A DNA stretch of 64,000 nt from Acidimicrobiia bacterium. Its GTDB lineage: Bacteria; Actinomycetota; Acidimicrobiia; Spongiisociales; JAHEDJ01. Of this stretch, positions 9,709 to 19,079 are shown piece by piece. How positions within the stretch are numbered: position 1 is the stretch's first letter; each line of letters begins with the position of its first letter. The translations under genes were made by a program, and so were the position numbers. The stretch is from NCBI GenBank assembly GCA_029210695.1, contig JARGFH010000010.1:1802-65801 (forward strand), written 5' to 3'. The notes under the pieces are model-generated. The model saw nothing but the letters and a program-made list of their open reading frames with translations, did not search any database and was not told the DNA's origin.

Positions 9709-10278
9709 TCAGTCAGGCTTGCTCAGCAGGTAGGCCGCCAGCACGCCGCCGGCCATGCCGAAGAGGTGGCCCTCCCACGAGATCCCACGCTGGAACGGCA
9801 GGAGTCCCCAAATGATGGCTCCGCCGTACACAAATAACACGCCAACGCCGATGGCGATCCACCGCAGGTCTTTTTCGAAGAAGCCGACCACCAGCAGATA
9901 CCCGAGGTACCCGAAGACGAGAATGCTGGCGCCGATATGGAGGGTCGGTCGGGCCAGCAGCCACACGAGCAGCCCTCCCACCACCATGATCGTCAAGGTG
10001 ATGGCCAGCCACTTGCGGATTCCGCGCAACATCACCAGTCCGCCCACCACGATGAACGGGACCGTGTTGGAAATGAGGTGGCCGAAGGATCCGTGCAGGA
10101 ACGGCGCCCACAGGATCCCGTCGAATCCCGAGAGGGTCCTCGGGCGAATCCCCTGCGACTGGAGGGCATCACCGAGGAACACACTGTCCACGATCTCGAT
10201 GCTCCACAGCAGGATGACCACCGCGATGAGCAGCTGCAGCTCGCGGATTGGCTCTGTGGGCTTATCCGTGGATTCCAT
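9709..10278 (-). CDS. rhomboid family intramembrane serine protease
   Basis: 189 aa. FLHGSFGHLISN (TM2 His/Asn), GASILVFG (GxSx active-site helix) and WEGHLFGMAGGVLAAY (catalytic His, GxxxG). Confidence 0.75.
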   Translation of the reverse strand: MESTDKPTEPIRELQLLIAVVILLWSIEIVDSVFLGDALQSQGIRPRTLSGFDGILWAPFLHGSFGHLISNTVPFIVVGGLVMLRGIRKWLAITLTIMVVGGLLVWLLARPTLHIGASILVFGYLGYLLVVGFFEKDLRWIAIGVGVLFVYGGAIIWGLLPFQRGISWEGHLFGMAGGVLAAYLLSKPD

Positions 10279-10353
10279 CCGTGCTCAACCTAGATAGTTC
10301 GTTGACGTGTGCATGGATAAGAGAGGCTGGTCGATTCCCGTCGAATGGCACGG

Positions 10354-11883
10354 TCAGCCATCCAGTGCTCTAGCGGCGAGGGCGGCCGCCGTCCGGCCGG
10401 AGCCCATAGCCGTGCTCATTCCACCGCCGCCTATCCACGCACCCGCCAGGAACAGATTGGGGATCGGTGTCCTCGGTGACCGCCGGTTGGTGAACATGTT
10501 CTCAACGGTCTGCTCGCGCCCGTAGATCGACCCGAATGGCTGGCGCCCGTACCGGACGTTGGTCAACGGGGTGGCGATCTCCTTGATAATGATCCGGTCG
10601 GCGAGGCCCGGGATGAGCGCGCTTGCTCTCTTGATCAGCACCTCGCCGGCCGCTTCTTTCACCGCCAGGTACCCCGGATGCTTCGAGTACCCGTCGAGGT
10701 TGCCTCCGGTTCCCCACACATCTGCGTGGTCCCACGGCGCCAGTGTCATCAGCACGAGGGAGCTATGTCCGTCAGGCGCACAGCCGGGGTCGGACTCTGT
10801 GTAATTGGTGATCACCATCCCCGCCCGTTCGAAATCGCCGTTGACCACGAACTGGTATCCGGCCTCGAGATCGTATCCGTCGTCCACGAAGAACTCGTGG
10901 TGAGGCCAGCCTTCCGCCGCCAGGTCCCCCTTCACTCCTAGATAGACGACCAGATTGGAGAGCGCCGGCTGATCGGACGACAGCGCAGCAACGAAGGCGT
11001 CATCGAAATTCTCCTCGCCGGCGAATCCGATGGTGTCGAGCGGGCCTGCCGTGCTGATGAATACGTCCCCTTCATATCGATTTCCCCGGTGGGTCTCAAC
11101 TGTGGTGATCCGCCCGTCCACCACATCGAGGCCGGTGACCGTGTTCCGGTAGACGACCCGGCCGCCGTTTTCGACGATTACCGCCTCCAGAGCCCTGCTC
11201 AAGGCCATACTTCCGCCGACCGGGTAGTAGCCGCCGTTGATGTGGTAGCTCGACAGGGCGGCCGCAAACAGCCCTGCGCTCATCCGGCTGGGCGGAAGCC
11301 CGAAATAGCCCCAGAGCGCAGAGAGGGTCGCTTTCAGCTGGTCGTCGGTCACGTGCGCCCCCAAGAAGTCTGCCCAGCTCTGAGTGAAGGCGATGCTCAT
11401 CGCCGGGTAGCGTTTGAGCATCTGACCGGGGTCGGGGCGATCGCCCTCCGCCCGGTCGCGCGCATAGGAAGAAATGTCTCGGCCGACCTGGACGACGCTG
11501 TCGAGGAAGGATCGGATCCCTCCCGCTTCCCCCGGGAATAGCTCGACGAGCTCGGAGCGATAGTCGTTGATGTCGGCGTGGGCGGTGACCTCGAAATCGG
11601 GCAGCCGCAGCGTGTAGAGAGGGTCGAGACGCTGCATGGTGAGGCGGTCGGTTATCCCGAGCTCCTGAAGCATTCCGTACAACCAGCCCCCCGGCCCGGC
11701 TCCATCCAGCGCGTGCAACGCGACCTCGAAGCGGAAACCGCTTCGTTTGAACTCGTGGGCAAATCCGCCGGGGACCGCATGGTGCTCGATGACCAGCACC
11801 TTCTGCCCCTGTGTGGCGAGGTGGGCGGCGGCACTGAGTCCGGCCAGGCCGGCTCCGATGACGATGACATCCCGATGTTCCAT
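10354..11883 (-). CDS. phytoene-desaturase (CrtI)-family NAD(P)/FAD-dependent oxidoreductase
   Basis: 509 aa. N-terminal Rossmann motif VIVIGAGLAGLSAAAHLA...VLVIE. Length and C-terminal region are typical of CrtI/amine-oxidase-like flavoenzymes. Confidence 0.65.
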   Translation of the reverse strand: MEHRDVIVIGAGLAGLSAAAHLATQGQKVLVIEHHAVPGGFAHEFKRSGFRFEVALHALDGAGPGGWLYGMLQELGITDRLTMQRLDPLYTLRLPDFEVTAHADINDYRSELVELFPGEAGGIRSFLDSVVQVGRDISSYARDRAEGDRPDPGQMLKRYPAMSIAFTQSWADFLGAHVTDDQLKATLSALWGYFGLPPSRMSAGLFAAALSSYHINGGYYPVGGSMALSRALEAVIVENGGRVVYRNTVTGLDVVDGRITTVETHRGNRYEGDVFISTAGPLDTIGFAGEENFDDAFVAALSSDQPALSNLVVYLGVKGDLAAEGWPHHEFFVDDGYDLEAGYQFVVNGDFERAGMVITNYTESDPGCAPDGHSSLVLMTLAPWDHADVWGTGGNLDGYSKHPGYLAVKEAAGEVLIKRASALIPGLADRIIIKEIATPLTNVRYGRQPFGSIYGREQTVENMFTNRRSPRTPIPNLFLAGAWIGGGGMSTAMGSGRTAAALAARALDG

Positions 11884-11966
11884 TCAGTGGCCCCTTTGTT
11901 TCTTGCCCGGAGGCTACCGGCCGGCGTCCGGCTCCCGCGCCCGCGCCCGCGGCCGGCGCAGGCGGA

Positions 11967-13355
11967 TCAAATCTGGCCCGAGTCCGTCATCCGGTCGACC
12001 AGCGTCAGGTAGTCCGGATCGGCATACCGGTCGGGCGAGAACCACCGCCAGTAGTCCGGGAGCGCGCCTCCAACCACGTGCAGTGCGCCGAGTTCTCCCG
12101 CTGCCGCGGCCGCCATGATCCCGAATCCGGAGAGGGCGGCGACCACAAACGATCCGGCCACGCCGGCCGGGCCGATCAGGGGCCGATTCTCTGCCGTTTT
12201 CGTGTAGTAGCCGCCGTCGACGTACGGCTGCGGAAGCCGTTCGAGGTACTCGCCGAACCCCGGCACCATCGTGGTGAGACCGCGCAACACGATCTCGGGG
12301 TAGAGCGGATCATCCGCGATCGGGAACTCAGGCGGACGGACGTCCGTGTGGCACTCCCACAATCCGAGCACGGTGGCCGCCTCATCCGGCCCGTCCGGCC
12401 GGCAATGCGCACCCGCTCCAAGTATCCCGACCAGGTAGCGGAGTTCGGGGTCCCCAGCCAGTTCTGCCAGTTCGGCGTTGCTCCAGGCCAGCGCCTGGGG
12501 ATCGTTCCAGATCAGCATTGGAGCGTGACGTGGGAGGGCAGAGCGGACATCGCGAAACGAGACTTTGCGATGCACCTCCGAGAACAGCGGGAGATCGGCG
12601 CCGGCGAGCTTTCCAACGTCGGCCGCCAGCGGTCCGGCCGCGTTGAGAAACCGATCGGTCTCGATCATCTCGCCTGATTCCAGCCGCACGCCTCTCACTC
12701 GTTCGTCTGAGATGTCGAGAGCCACCACCCGATCTGTGACGAGTTCGACGCCGGCCGTTCTGGCCCGCTCGAGCAGCCACGCTCCCAGTTGCTGGGCAGA
12801 CAACCAGCCGGCCCGACGAACGTGCAAGCCGCCGACCGCCGCCGTTGACAGATACGGGAAGTGGGAGCGCAGCACGCCACCGTCCAGGAATAGGTCGGCA
12901 CCGCCGGGCACTTCCTCGAATGCCGCCGGAGGTGAGGCGGCATAGGCCGGATCGTCGGGCCGACCTCGAAGCACCCGCAGGTCGCCGCCTCCGAGTGCTG
13001 AGATCGCCCCGGCCTGTTGTTCCATGGCCGCCAGATTCACCGGGTCGCCCGTGACGTAGAGATAGCCGCGCCGTGACAGGTTGAACGCGTTGTCGCTGGA
13101 GGTGGCCCACTCCTCGAGGAGGTCGATCGAACGATTCATCAACGCCACCATGCCGTCGCCGGGACCCGGCCACCAGTTCCTGTAGCACTCCGTCGACTTG
13201 TCGCTGGTGAGTGTCATCGGCGGGAGCAGGTCGCAGATGACCACCCGTTCCACTTCGAGTTGCACGGAGAGGTGAAACGCCGTGGATATGCCGGCGATAC
13301 CCGCGCCTGCGATCACGACGTCTGCACGCCCGGGTGCCTTCGGCTGCATCTGCAT
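11967..13355 (-). CDS. FAD-dependent oxidoreductase (DAO family)
   Basis: 462 aa. The dinucleotide-binding motif VVIAGAGIAGISTAFHL is at the N-terminus. Confidence 0.65.
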   Translation of the reverse strand: MQMQPKAPGRADVVIAGAGIAGISTAFHLSVQLEVERVVICDLLPPMTLTSDKSTECYRNWWPGPGDGMVALMNRSIDLLEEWATSSDNAFNLSRRGYLYVTGDPVNLAAMEQQAGAISALGGGDLRVLRGRPDDPAYAASPPAAFEEVPGGADLFLDGGVLRSHFPYLSTAAVGGLHVRRAGWLSAQQLGAWLLERARTAGVELVTDRVVALDISDERVRGVRLESGEMIETDRFLNAAGPLAADVGKLAGADLPLFSEVHRKVSFRDVRSALPRHAPMLIWNDPQALAWSNAELAELAGDPELRYLVGILGAGAHCRPDGPDEAATVLGLWECHTDVRPPEFPIADDPLYPEIVLRGLTTMVPGFGEYLERLPQPYVDGGYYTKTAENRPLIGPAGVAGSFVVAALSGFGIMAAAAAGELGALHVVGGALPDYWRWFSPDRYADPDYLTLVDRMTDSGQI

Positions 13356-13491
13356 GATCCCACCCTATCCGCCTGCCAACGCAGCCTTCCTTGAGCATCC
13401 GTTTCGTGCCGGAAGGCCCTACACCGTTCGGTGAGCAACGTGGTGGAATCCAGCTGAAGTGGGCTGGATCCATCGGCCCGAGGAGGAACAC

Positions 13492-14487
13492 ATGTCAACC
13501 GAAGCGAAGACCGCTGCACCAAAGAGCTGGCCACGCATGGCAGCGGGGGCGCTCGTCGTCGTAGCGGGTCTCGTCCTGATCTCATCGACGTTCATCAACA
13601 ACCTCTTTGAAGTGGGCCCGGCGTTCGAAGAAATGATCGACGACTTCCGTCCGATGCTGACGGATGAGGCGTTGGACACGGCCAAGGCCGATATCGGAGG
13701 CCTGGCTGCGGTAGCAGACGAATTCCAAAACGCGGTGATCCCGGGCATGTCGCAGCAGTTGGTCATGGATGCTGCGCAGTTCGGTGGATTCCTGGGTGAG
13801 AGCTTCCCTGCAGTTGCCCAGGGAGCGGCGGCGCTGCCCGAGATCGCAACAACTTTCAACAGCCTGATCGGCACCCTCGAGGCCGAGCAGGGGCGGTTCG
13901 CTTCGGCGGACGCCATCCCGACCGAGTCCCTTCCAGCCACGACCGTTCCGTGGGGCATGTTGGGAGCCGGCGTAGTGGCGGTGCTCATCGGCCTCTTCAT
14001 GTTCGTTCGGCCGCGACTTGGATCCATGCTGGCACTGGTGCTGGGAGTAGCGCTGGTAGCGGTCCCCGCCTTCCTGTCGCTCCCACAGAAGGCAGCAGAC
14101 GCCGATCAACTCAATGAGAACCTCGAGCCTGTGTACACGGCCGAGCTGGTGGCCGGGGCACAGGGGGCACTCGGCGTGGTGGGCGCCATGGGTATGGAAC
14201 TCCAGACCGCCATGTTGCCTGCTCTGGCCCAGCAGTTGGAAATGCAGCCCGACCAGTTGTCGGCGTTCATTGGTGAGAACTTCCCGGCCATGGCCGGTGT
14301 CATGGCCAACATGGATACCACCATGGGGCGGTTCCAAGGCATGGTGACGGCGTTCGACGTCAACCTCGACAACTACGACACACTCAAGCCGGTCAAATTC
14401 GTTCCGATCATCTGGACGATGATCCTGGTCGGAATCGGAATAGTGCTGTTCGGAGCGTGGGGCTTCCTGGCCTCGAGCGAGGGCTGA
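13492..14487 (+). CDS. hypothetical membrane protein with internal tandem duplication (TM - helical domain - TM, twice)
   Basis: ATG 13492 with AGGAGG RBS at 13481-13486. Four hydrophobic helices. The two halves are recognisably similar (FGGFLGESFPAVAQG vs FIGENFPAMAGV; MLGAGVVAVLIGLFMF vs MILVGIGIVLFGAWGF). Confidence 0.5.
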   Translation: MSTEAKTAAPKSWPRMAAGALVVVAGLVLISSTFINNLFEVGPAFEEMIDDFRPMLTDEALDTAKADIGGLAAVADEFQNAVIPGMSQQLVMDAAQFGGFLGESFPAVAQGAAALPEIATTFNSLIGTLEAEQGRFASADAIPTESLPATTVPWGMLGAGVVAVLIGLFMFVRPRLGSMLALVLGVALVAVPAFLSLPQKAADADQLNENLEPVYTAELVAGAQGALGVVGAMGMELQTAMLPALAQQLEMQPDQLSAFIGENFPAMAGVMANMDTTMGRFQGMVTAFDVNLDNYDTLKPVKFVPIIWTMILVGIGIVLFGAWGFLASSEG

Positions 14488-14538
14488 ACGAACCGGAACA
14501 GATGGACGATGGGGCGTTTCGGCGCCCCATCGTCGCGC

Positions 14539-14982
14539 TCAGCCCTCGGTGGCTTCCAGGTTGCGAACGAATACGCTCAGCTCATCGTCGAAATTGTCGG
14601 CGGATGGGTCGAGGATGATCGAAACCGGGTAGCCAAGTTGCCCGTCGTAGGCGACGTCGATGACGTCTCCATCCGCGTTTGCTTCGATCAGCGCAAACAG
14701 CCCTTCGATCGTCGGGTCCAGGAATTCGACGATGGCGACCGAGCCGGCGGGTGAGCTCGTTCGGATCACGCCGGCCACTTCGCCGGAATGGACTGTGATC
14801 TGAAACGGGCCTCTCACTTCTTCGGGGCAGTAACAATCGACTGTGAGCTGGTACCGGTAGGACTCCGGACCTCGTTCGGACCACGTTTGCTGTCGATCGG
14901 CCAACCGCTCGATGGTTCCGCCGCTACAGGCGGCCAGAGTCAGGGCGATCCCGATGAGCAGAGTCCTTTGCACAACAGTCAC
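14539..14982 (-). CDS. hypothetical lipoprotein
   Basis: Signal peptide with lipobox (LLIGIALTLAACSGG). Start uncertain (GTG about 14982 or upstream ATG 15036). Confidence 0.45.
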   Translation of the reverse strand: MTVVQRTLLIGIALTLAACSGGTIERLADRQQTWSERGPESYRYQLTVDCYCPEEVRGPFQITVHSGEVAGVIRTSSPAGSVAIVEFLDPTIEGLFALIEANADGDVIDVAYDGQLGYPVSIILDPSADNFDDELSVFVRNLEATEG

Positions 14983-15004
14983 ATGATCGCGCTGGCTCCA
15001 GGCT

Positions 15005-15844
15005 TCACCAACCTTCGAGTTCGGCGACCCACTCAACGGCCACTTTCGCCAACTGGCGTTGGAGCCGACGCAACTCGGTTCCGTCGGCCGCCCAATCCGG
15101 TGGGGGCCGCGAGGCGTGGATACCCATCAACCCGGCCAACACGGATGCCCAGGCGGCAGGTTGAGGGAGAACATGCGGGGTTGGGGCGTGGCAGGCTCTC
15201 ATGTCGAGCAATGCAGTGGCGACGTCGAGGTAGCGGTTCCCGCGAGACACATACTCCCAATCAACGATCACCGGTCCGCGCTTCGTGAAGCAGAGGTTGC
15301 CGGCACCAAGGTCTGCGTGGATGAGATCGTCCCCCGACAGGTCTATCTTTGACGACAACTCGATCAGCCGGGTGCCATGTCGGGCGATCCACTCCAAATC
15401 CACGATGCCGAGACCCGTGATCTTTGCTGGATCCGCCGTGATTTCCGACCAAGGCGATACTTCGAGGGGCGGCATCGCTTCGAGATCGAAGGGCACTCTG
15501 GTGTCGGCGATCCGGGTCAGTGTGGGGAAGAGAATGCTCGACTCGGCCGGCCACGGCGGCGGCCACTGAGCCTTCGATAGATCTTCGAGGATGAGAATCG
15601 GTTCGGGACCGTCCTCCCATGCCCATACGACCGGGAGCCAGTCGGCCTCGAGCGCGGCGTACAGGCTGTGCTCCGTCCGCAGGGACCGGGCGGTTCGCTC
15701 ATCGGCAGCCGCCTTGACGAAAACCCTGGTGCCCGCTTCGGTGGTCACCATACCCCGCCACGACCGAGTGTGGCCCCCGGTCGGCTGCTGCACGTCGATG
15801 ACCGGGCTGTCGAGCAGACGTTCGAGGCGCTCGGGTGGATTCAT
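15005..15844 (-). CDS. phosphotransferase (APH/kinase-like) family protein
   Basis: DLIHADLGAGNL (catalytic loop HxDxxxxN) and VIVDWEYVSRGNRYLDVA (DxE/D motif). Start taken at MNPPERLERL (ATG 15842-15844); the longer track ORF to 16339 is rejected as an N-terminal over-extension. Confidence 0.6.
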   Translation of the reverse strand: MNPPERLERLLDSPVIDVQQPTGGHTRSWRGMVTTEAGTRVFVKAAADERTARSLRTEHSLYAALEADWLPVVWAWEDGPEPILILEDLSKAQWPPPWPAESSILFPTLTRIADTRVPFDLEAMPPLEVSPWSEITADPAKITGLGIVDLEWIARHGTRLIELSSKIDLSGDDLIHADLGAGNLCFTKRGPVIVDWEYVSRGNRYLDVATALLDMRACHAPTPHVLPQPAAWASVLAGLMGIHASRPPPDWAADGTELRRLQRQLAKVAVEWVAELEGW

Positions 15845-15899
15845 GTACCTGCAACGAAAGCCGATCGTCCGCCGGTGGTCAACATGTAGGGTTTGGATC

Positions 15900-16859
15900 G
15901 TGGCTTTCTCTGAGGCTTCGGTCCCGGTGCGTTCCGACCTCGCCGCTGCGCTGCGACAAGTGTGGGCGAGCCTGGCGGCACCCGGGACGTGGTGGTCGGG
16001 TGTCGAGCGGGTCGCCATCGCCGGCGCGGCCAGGGGCCAGGCGACCGACGTCATTCCGGCCTCCGCCGGGGCAGCTGCCCGGACGGTGTACGCAGATATC
16101 ACCGCCACCTCGCGGGACTGGGTGGACAACTTGATACAGGATGGTCTGGGGATTCCGGCTTTCATCGAGATCATCGGGATCGTCAGCCGCCTGGCGGCGG
16201 TCGACGAATTCAGCAGAGCGCTCGGGCAATCGGTCGAACCCCTTCCGGATCCGCTTCCCGGCGACCCATCCTTCGAGCCGGCTCCTCCGGCCAGACCCGG
16301 CCGGTCGTGGCTCCCGACGGCCGGTCCGGCCTCGATCACCCAGTCGCTCAGCCTGGTGCCGGCCGAATCTGCCGCGCAGGAGGACCTCCATGGGCCCTTG
16401 TACCTGACCTATGAGCAGATGGGCGATTTGAGATTCCGGCGGGAACTCACCCGTCCTCAGATGGAACTCGTTGCCGCCCGCGTGTCGGCGGTCAACGAGT
16501 GCTTCTACTGAGTGCTTTCACACACGATGATGCTCCGGGCGAGCAGCGAGGCATTTTCATATCAGGTTGATCTGCGGTCCGTGACGGACCCCTCAGTAGA
16601 TCCTTTGCTTCCGCATGGTTCGGTCCTGATCGAATTCACCGATGCGGTTCTGGAGAGACGGGACGCCGGCACGATGCGGCGGGAAGTCATCGCAACCCTC
16701 GGTGAGGCCGGGTTGACCGGAGCAGCCGGGGTGATCGCCAACTTCTCGATGATGAATCGGATCGCCGATGCCACCGGGATGCCGACCGGCCGGGGCACTT
16801 TGGCACGAACCGCAGATGTCCGCGCCGCACTTGGACTCGATCGTTTCATGCATGACTAG
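15900..16859 (+). CDS. AhpD/carboxymuconolactone-decarboxylase (CMD) family peroxidase-related protein with in-frame TGA (candidate selenocysteine, CxxU) at 16509-16511
   Basis: Track ORFs 15591..16511 and 16512..16859 are the same frame, split only by the TGA. Across the TGA the sequence reads AVNECFY-TGA-VLSHT, matching the AhpD-core motif N-G-C-x-Y-C-x-x-S-H-T with TGA at the second Cys. Downstream IANFSMMNRIADATG continues the CMD domain. The 5' start is uncertain (GTG 15900 or ATG 15843). Confidence 0.5.
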
Positions 16860-16962
16860 CTCGCCGCGCACGTTGCAGGTTCGTGCGATTCGTTGTCGCC
16901 GTTCCAGGTTCTGAGTTGTAGGTCCTGAATTGCGGGTCGAGCGCGTGGTGTGCCGGCCGGGC

Positions 16963-17392
16963 TTAGACGCCGGGTCGCCAGATATCGCGAATGAAGCCGG
17001 GGCCGAGTAGTGACGCGTACGACACTGCAGTTTCTACGAACACCAGGTCGGGATTGTCCGGGGACTGGAAGAACGGAATCGGGTCGTAACCCAGGACGCC
17101 GTCTTCCCACAGTCGGTGACGGGCCGCTTCCGAGTCGTGGAGTGTCGCTACCCCGCGGGCGAACAACTCGCCGGGACCAGACCCGGACGTGACCGGCCAG
17201 TGGAACGTTATGTTCGGGTTGCCTCGTAGGTTCCGAACCTTCCGGCTGGCCGAGCGCGACCCAAACCAGATCGTTCCTTCGGTGAATCCCGGCGAAACCG
17301 GCGCAACGTGCGGTCGACCGTCCGGCCCACTGGAGGCCGCCTACGTGACCCAGTCGATATCGCCGGCCGCCTGCACCAATTCATCCCACGTC
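16963..17392 (-). pseudogene. PPOX-class (pyridoxamine 5'-phosphate oxidase-like, F420/FMN-binding) gene interrupted by in-frame TAG at 17341-17343
   Basis: Minus-strand translation reads MTWDELVQAAGDIDWVT-TAG-AASSGPDGRPHVAPVSPGFTEGTIWFGSRSASRKVRNLRGNPNITF... The conserved DGRPH.VPV and RKVRNL.NP motifs lie after the stop. No alternative start exists between the TAG and these motifs. Confidence 0.5.
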
Positions 17393-17492
17393 ATGGGCGA
17401 AGTCTATTGAGTCATGGAGATTCGGCGATCGAGCACAACCGACTACTGCCTGTTGCCTACTGCCACCGGCCATCCTCCACCAGAATGGGCTC

Positions 17493-19016
17493 ATGACACT
17501 CCTGCTCAGCGACATCGTCGAGGTCTCTTCTCGGGTGGCGGCCACTCGCAGACGAACGGAGAAGATTGCTGCGCTGGTGGACCTCTTCTCGCGAGCCGGG
17601 GAGGCGGACGTGCCGATCATGGTGGCGATGCTCTCCGGTGCAGCAAGGCAGGGAAAGATCGGGGTCGGCTACCGCGCAGTCTCGAGCATCAGGGCCGAAC
17701 CGGCCGGGACCCCCACCGTCACAATCGTCGAGGTCGACCAAATCCTCACCGCACTGAAAGACAGGCGCGGTGAGGGTTCGCAGGCGGACCGGGAAAGCCT
17801 CTTGACGGATCTCTTCGGGCGCTGCACGGCACCGGAACAAGATTTCCTCAAACGGCTGCTCGTCGGAGGAGTCCGCCAGGGAGCACTCGAGGGGATCATG
17901 ACCGATGCCGTGGCGGCGGCTGCTGGTGTTCCGGCCGCCGCCGTCCGCAGAGCGTTGATGATGTTGCCAGACCTGGGCCGGGTTGCGACGGTCGCGTTGG
18001 CCGGGGGAGCCGGAGACCTGGCAGGAATCGGGCTGGAAGTGCTTCGCCCGATCCAGCCCATGCTGGCCAAGACGGCGGCTTCAGCGACTGCTGCGGTCCA
18101 GGCGGAGGGACTCTCGTCGGTTGAGTGGAAACTCGACGGAGTCCGCATCCAGGTGCATCGGGCGGGGTCCGTCGTGCGGATCTACACGCGCAATCTCAAC
18201 GACGTGACCGAGCGATTGCCGGACGTGGCGGATGTGGTGCTCGGCTTCGGGTCCGAACATTTCGTACTCGACGGAGAGGTCATTTCCCTGACTGCAGGCA
18301 ACGAACCGCGTGCGTTTGTCGAAACGATGAGCCGGTTTGGAACCGAGCATCGTGACGGCGAGGAGGCGCCGGTCGTACCGTTCTTCTTCGACGTGCTGCA
18401 TGAGGGCGGGCAGGACCTCATCGACCTGCCGCTCTCGGCCCGTCAGGAAGTTCTCGATCAGGTGGTCCCGGCGGCATACCGGGTCACTCGCGTTATCACC
18501 GACCAAGAGGATCGGGCAGAACGCACGCTGGTGGAAGCCAGAGCAGAGGGACACGAGGGGATCATGGTCAAACGCCTCGACTCGTCCTATGAGGCGGGAA
18601 GGCGCGGCGCTACCTGGCTCAAGGTCAAACCTGCGAACACCCTCGATCTCGTTGTTCTGGCCGTGGAGTGGGGGAGCGGGCGGCGTCAAGGATGGCTGTC
18701 GAATATCCACCTCGGTGCGCGCGAGGCAGCAACCGGCGACTTCATCATGCTCGGAAAGACGTTCAAGGGGATGACGGATGAGATGCTCGAGTGGCAAACG
18801 GGGCGGTTCCTCGAGTTGGAGACCCACCGGGACGGTCACGTCGTGCACGTGCGTCCCGAACAGGTGGTAGAGATTGCGTTCGACGGGATTCAGGCCAGCT
18901 CCCGCTATCCCGGTGGCATGGCATTGCGCTTCGCACGGGTCAAGAGCTACCGCCACGACAAGGCGGCCCGGGAGGCCGACACCGTCGACACAGTCAGGGC
19001 AATCTTCGAGAAGTAA
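17493..19016 (+). CDS. ligB: ATP-dependent DNA ligase (LigB-type)
   Basis: 507 aa. Adenylation motif I VEWKLDGVRIQVH (KxDGxR), followed by OB-fold region. Length equals that of mycobacterial LigB. Confidence 0.8.
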   Translation: MTLLLSDIVEVSSRVAATRRRTEKIAALVDLFSRAGEADVPIMVAMLSGAARQGKIGVGYRAVSSIRAEPAGTPTVTIVEVDQILTALKDRRGEGSQADRESLLTDLFGRCTAPEQDFLKRLLVGGVRQGALEGIMTDAVAAAAGVPAAAVRRALMMLPDLGRVATVALAGGAGDLAGIGLEVLRPIQPMLAKTAASATAAVQAEGLSSVEWKLDGVRIQVHRAGSVVRIYTRNLNDVTERLPDVADVVLGFGSEHFVLDGEVISLTAGNEPRAFVETMSRFGTEHRDGEEAPVVPFFFDVLHEGGQDLIDLPLSARQEVLDQVVPAAYRVTRVITDQEDRAERTLVEARAEGHEGIMVKRLDSSYEAGRRGATWLKVKPANTLDLVVLAVEWGSGRRQGWLSNIHLGAREAATGDFIMLGKTFKGMTDEMLEWQTGRFLELETHRDGHVVHVRPEQVVEIAFDGIQASSRYPGGMALRFARVKSYRHDKAAREADTVDTVRAIFEK

Positions 19017-19079
19017 GAGTGGCACATCCGGATGGACTTGAGTTCTGCCAGGCTGGGTCGGACGCCGATCGGAGCGATA

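Noticed and set aside
15591-15899. Upstream extension of the AhpD-like ORF (track start 15591, ATG 15843)
   Set aside because: Would overlap the convergent APH-like gene (15005..15844) and share its start codon region. A GTG start near 15900 is more plausible, but the true start remains uncertain.
16509-17343. Possibility that TGA/TAG are globally reassigned sense codons
   Set aside because: Most other genes in the window terminate at TGA or TAG in well-defined positions (several ATGA/GTGA coupled overlaps). The in-frame stops are therefore gene-specific.
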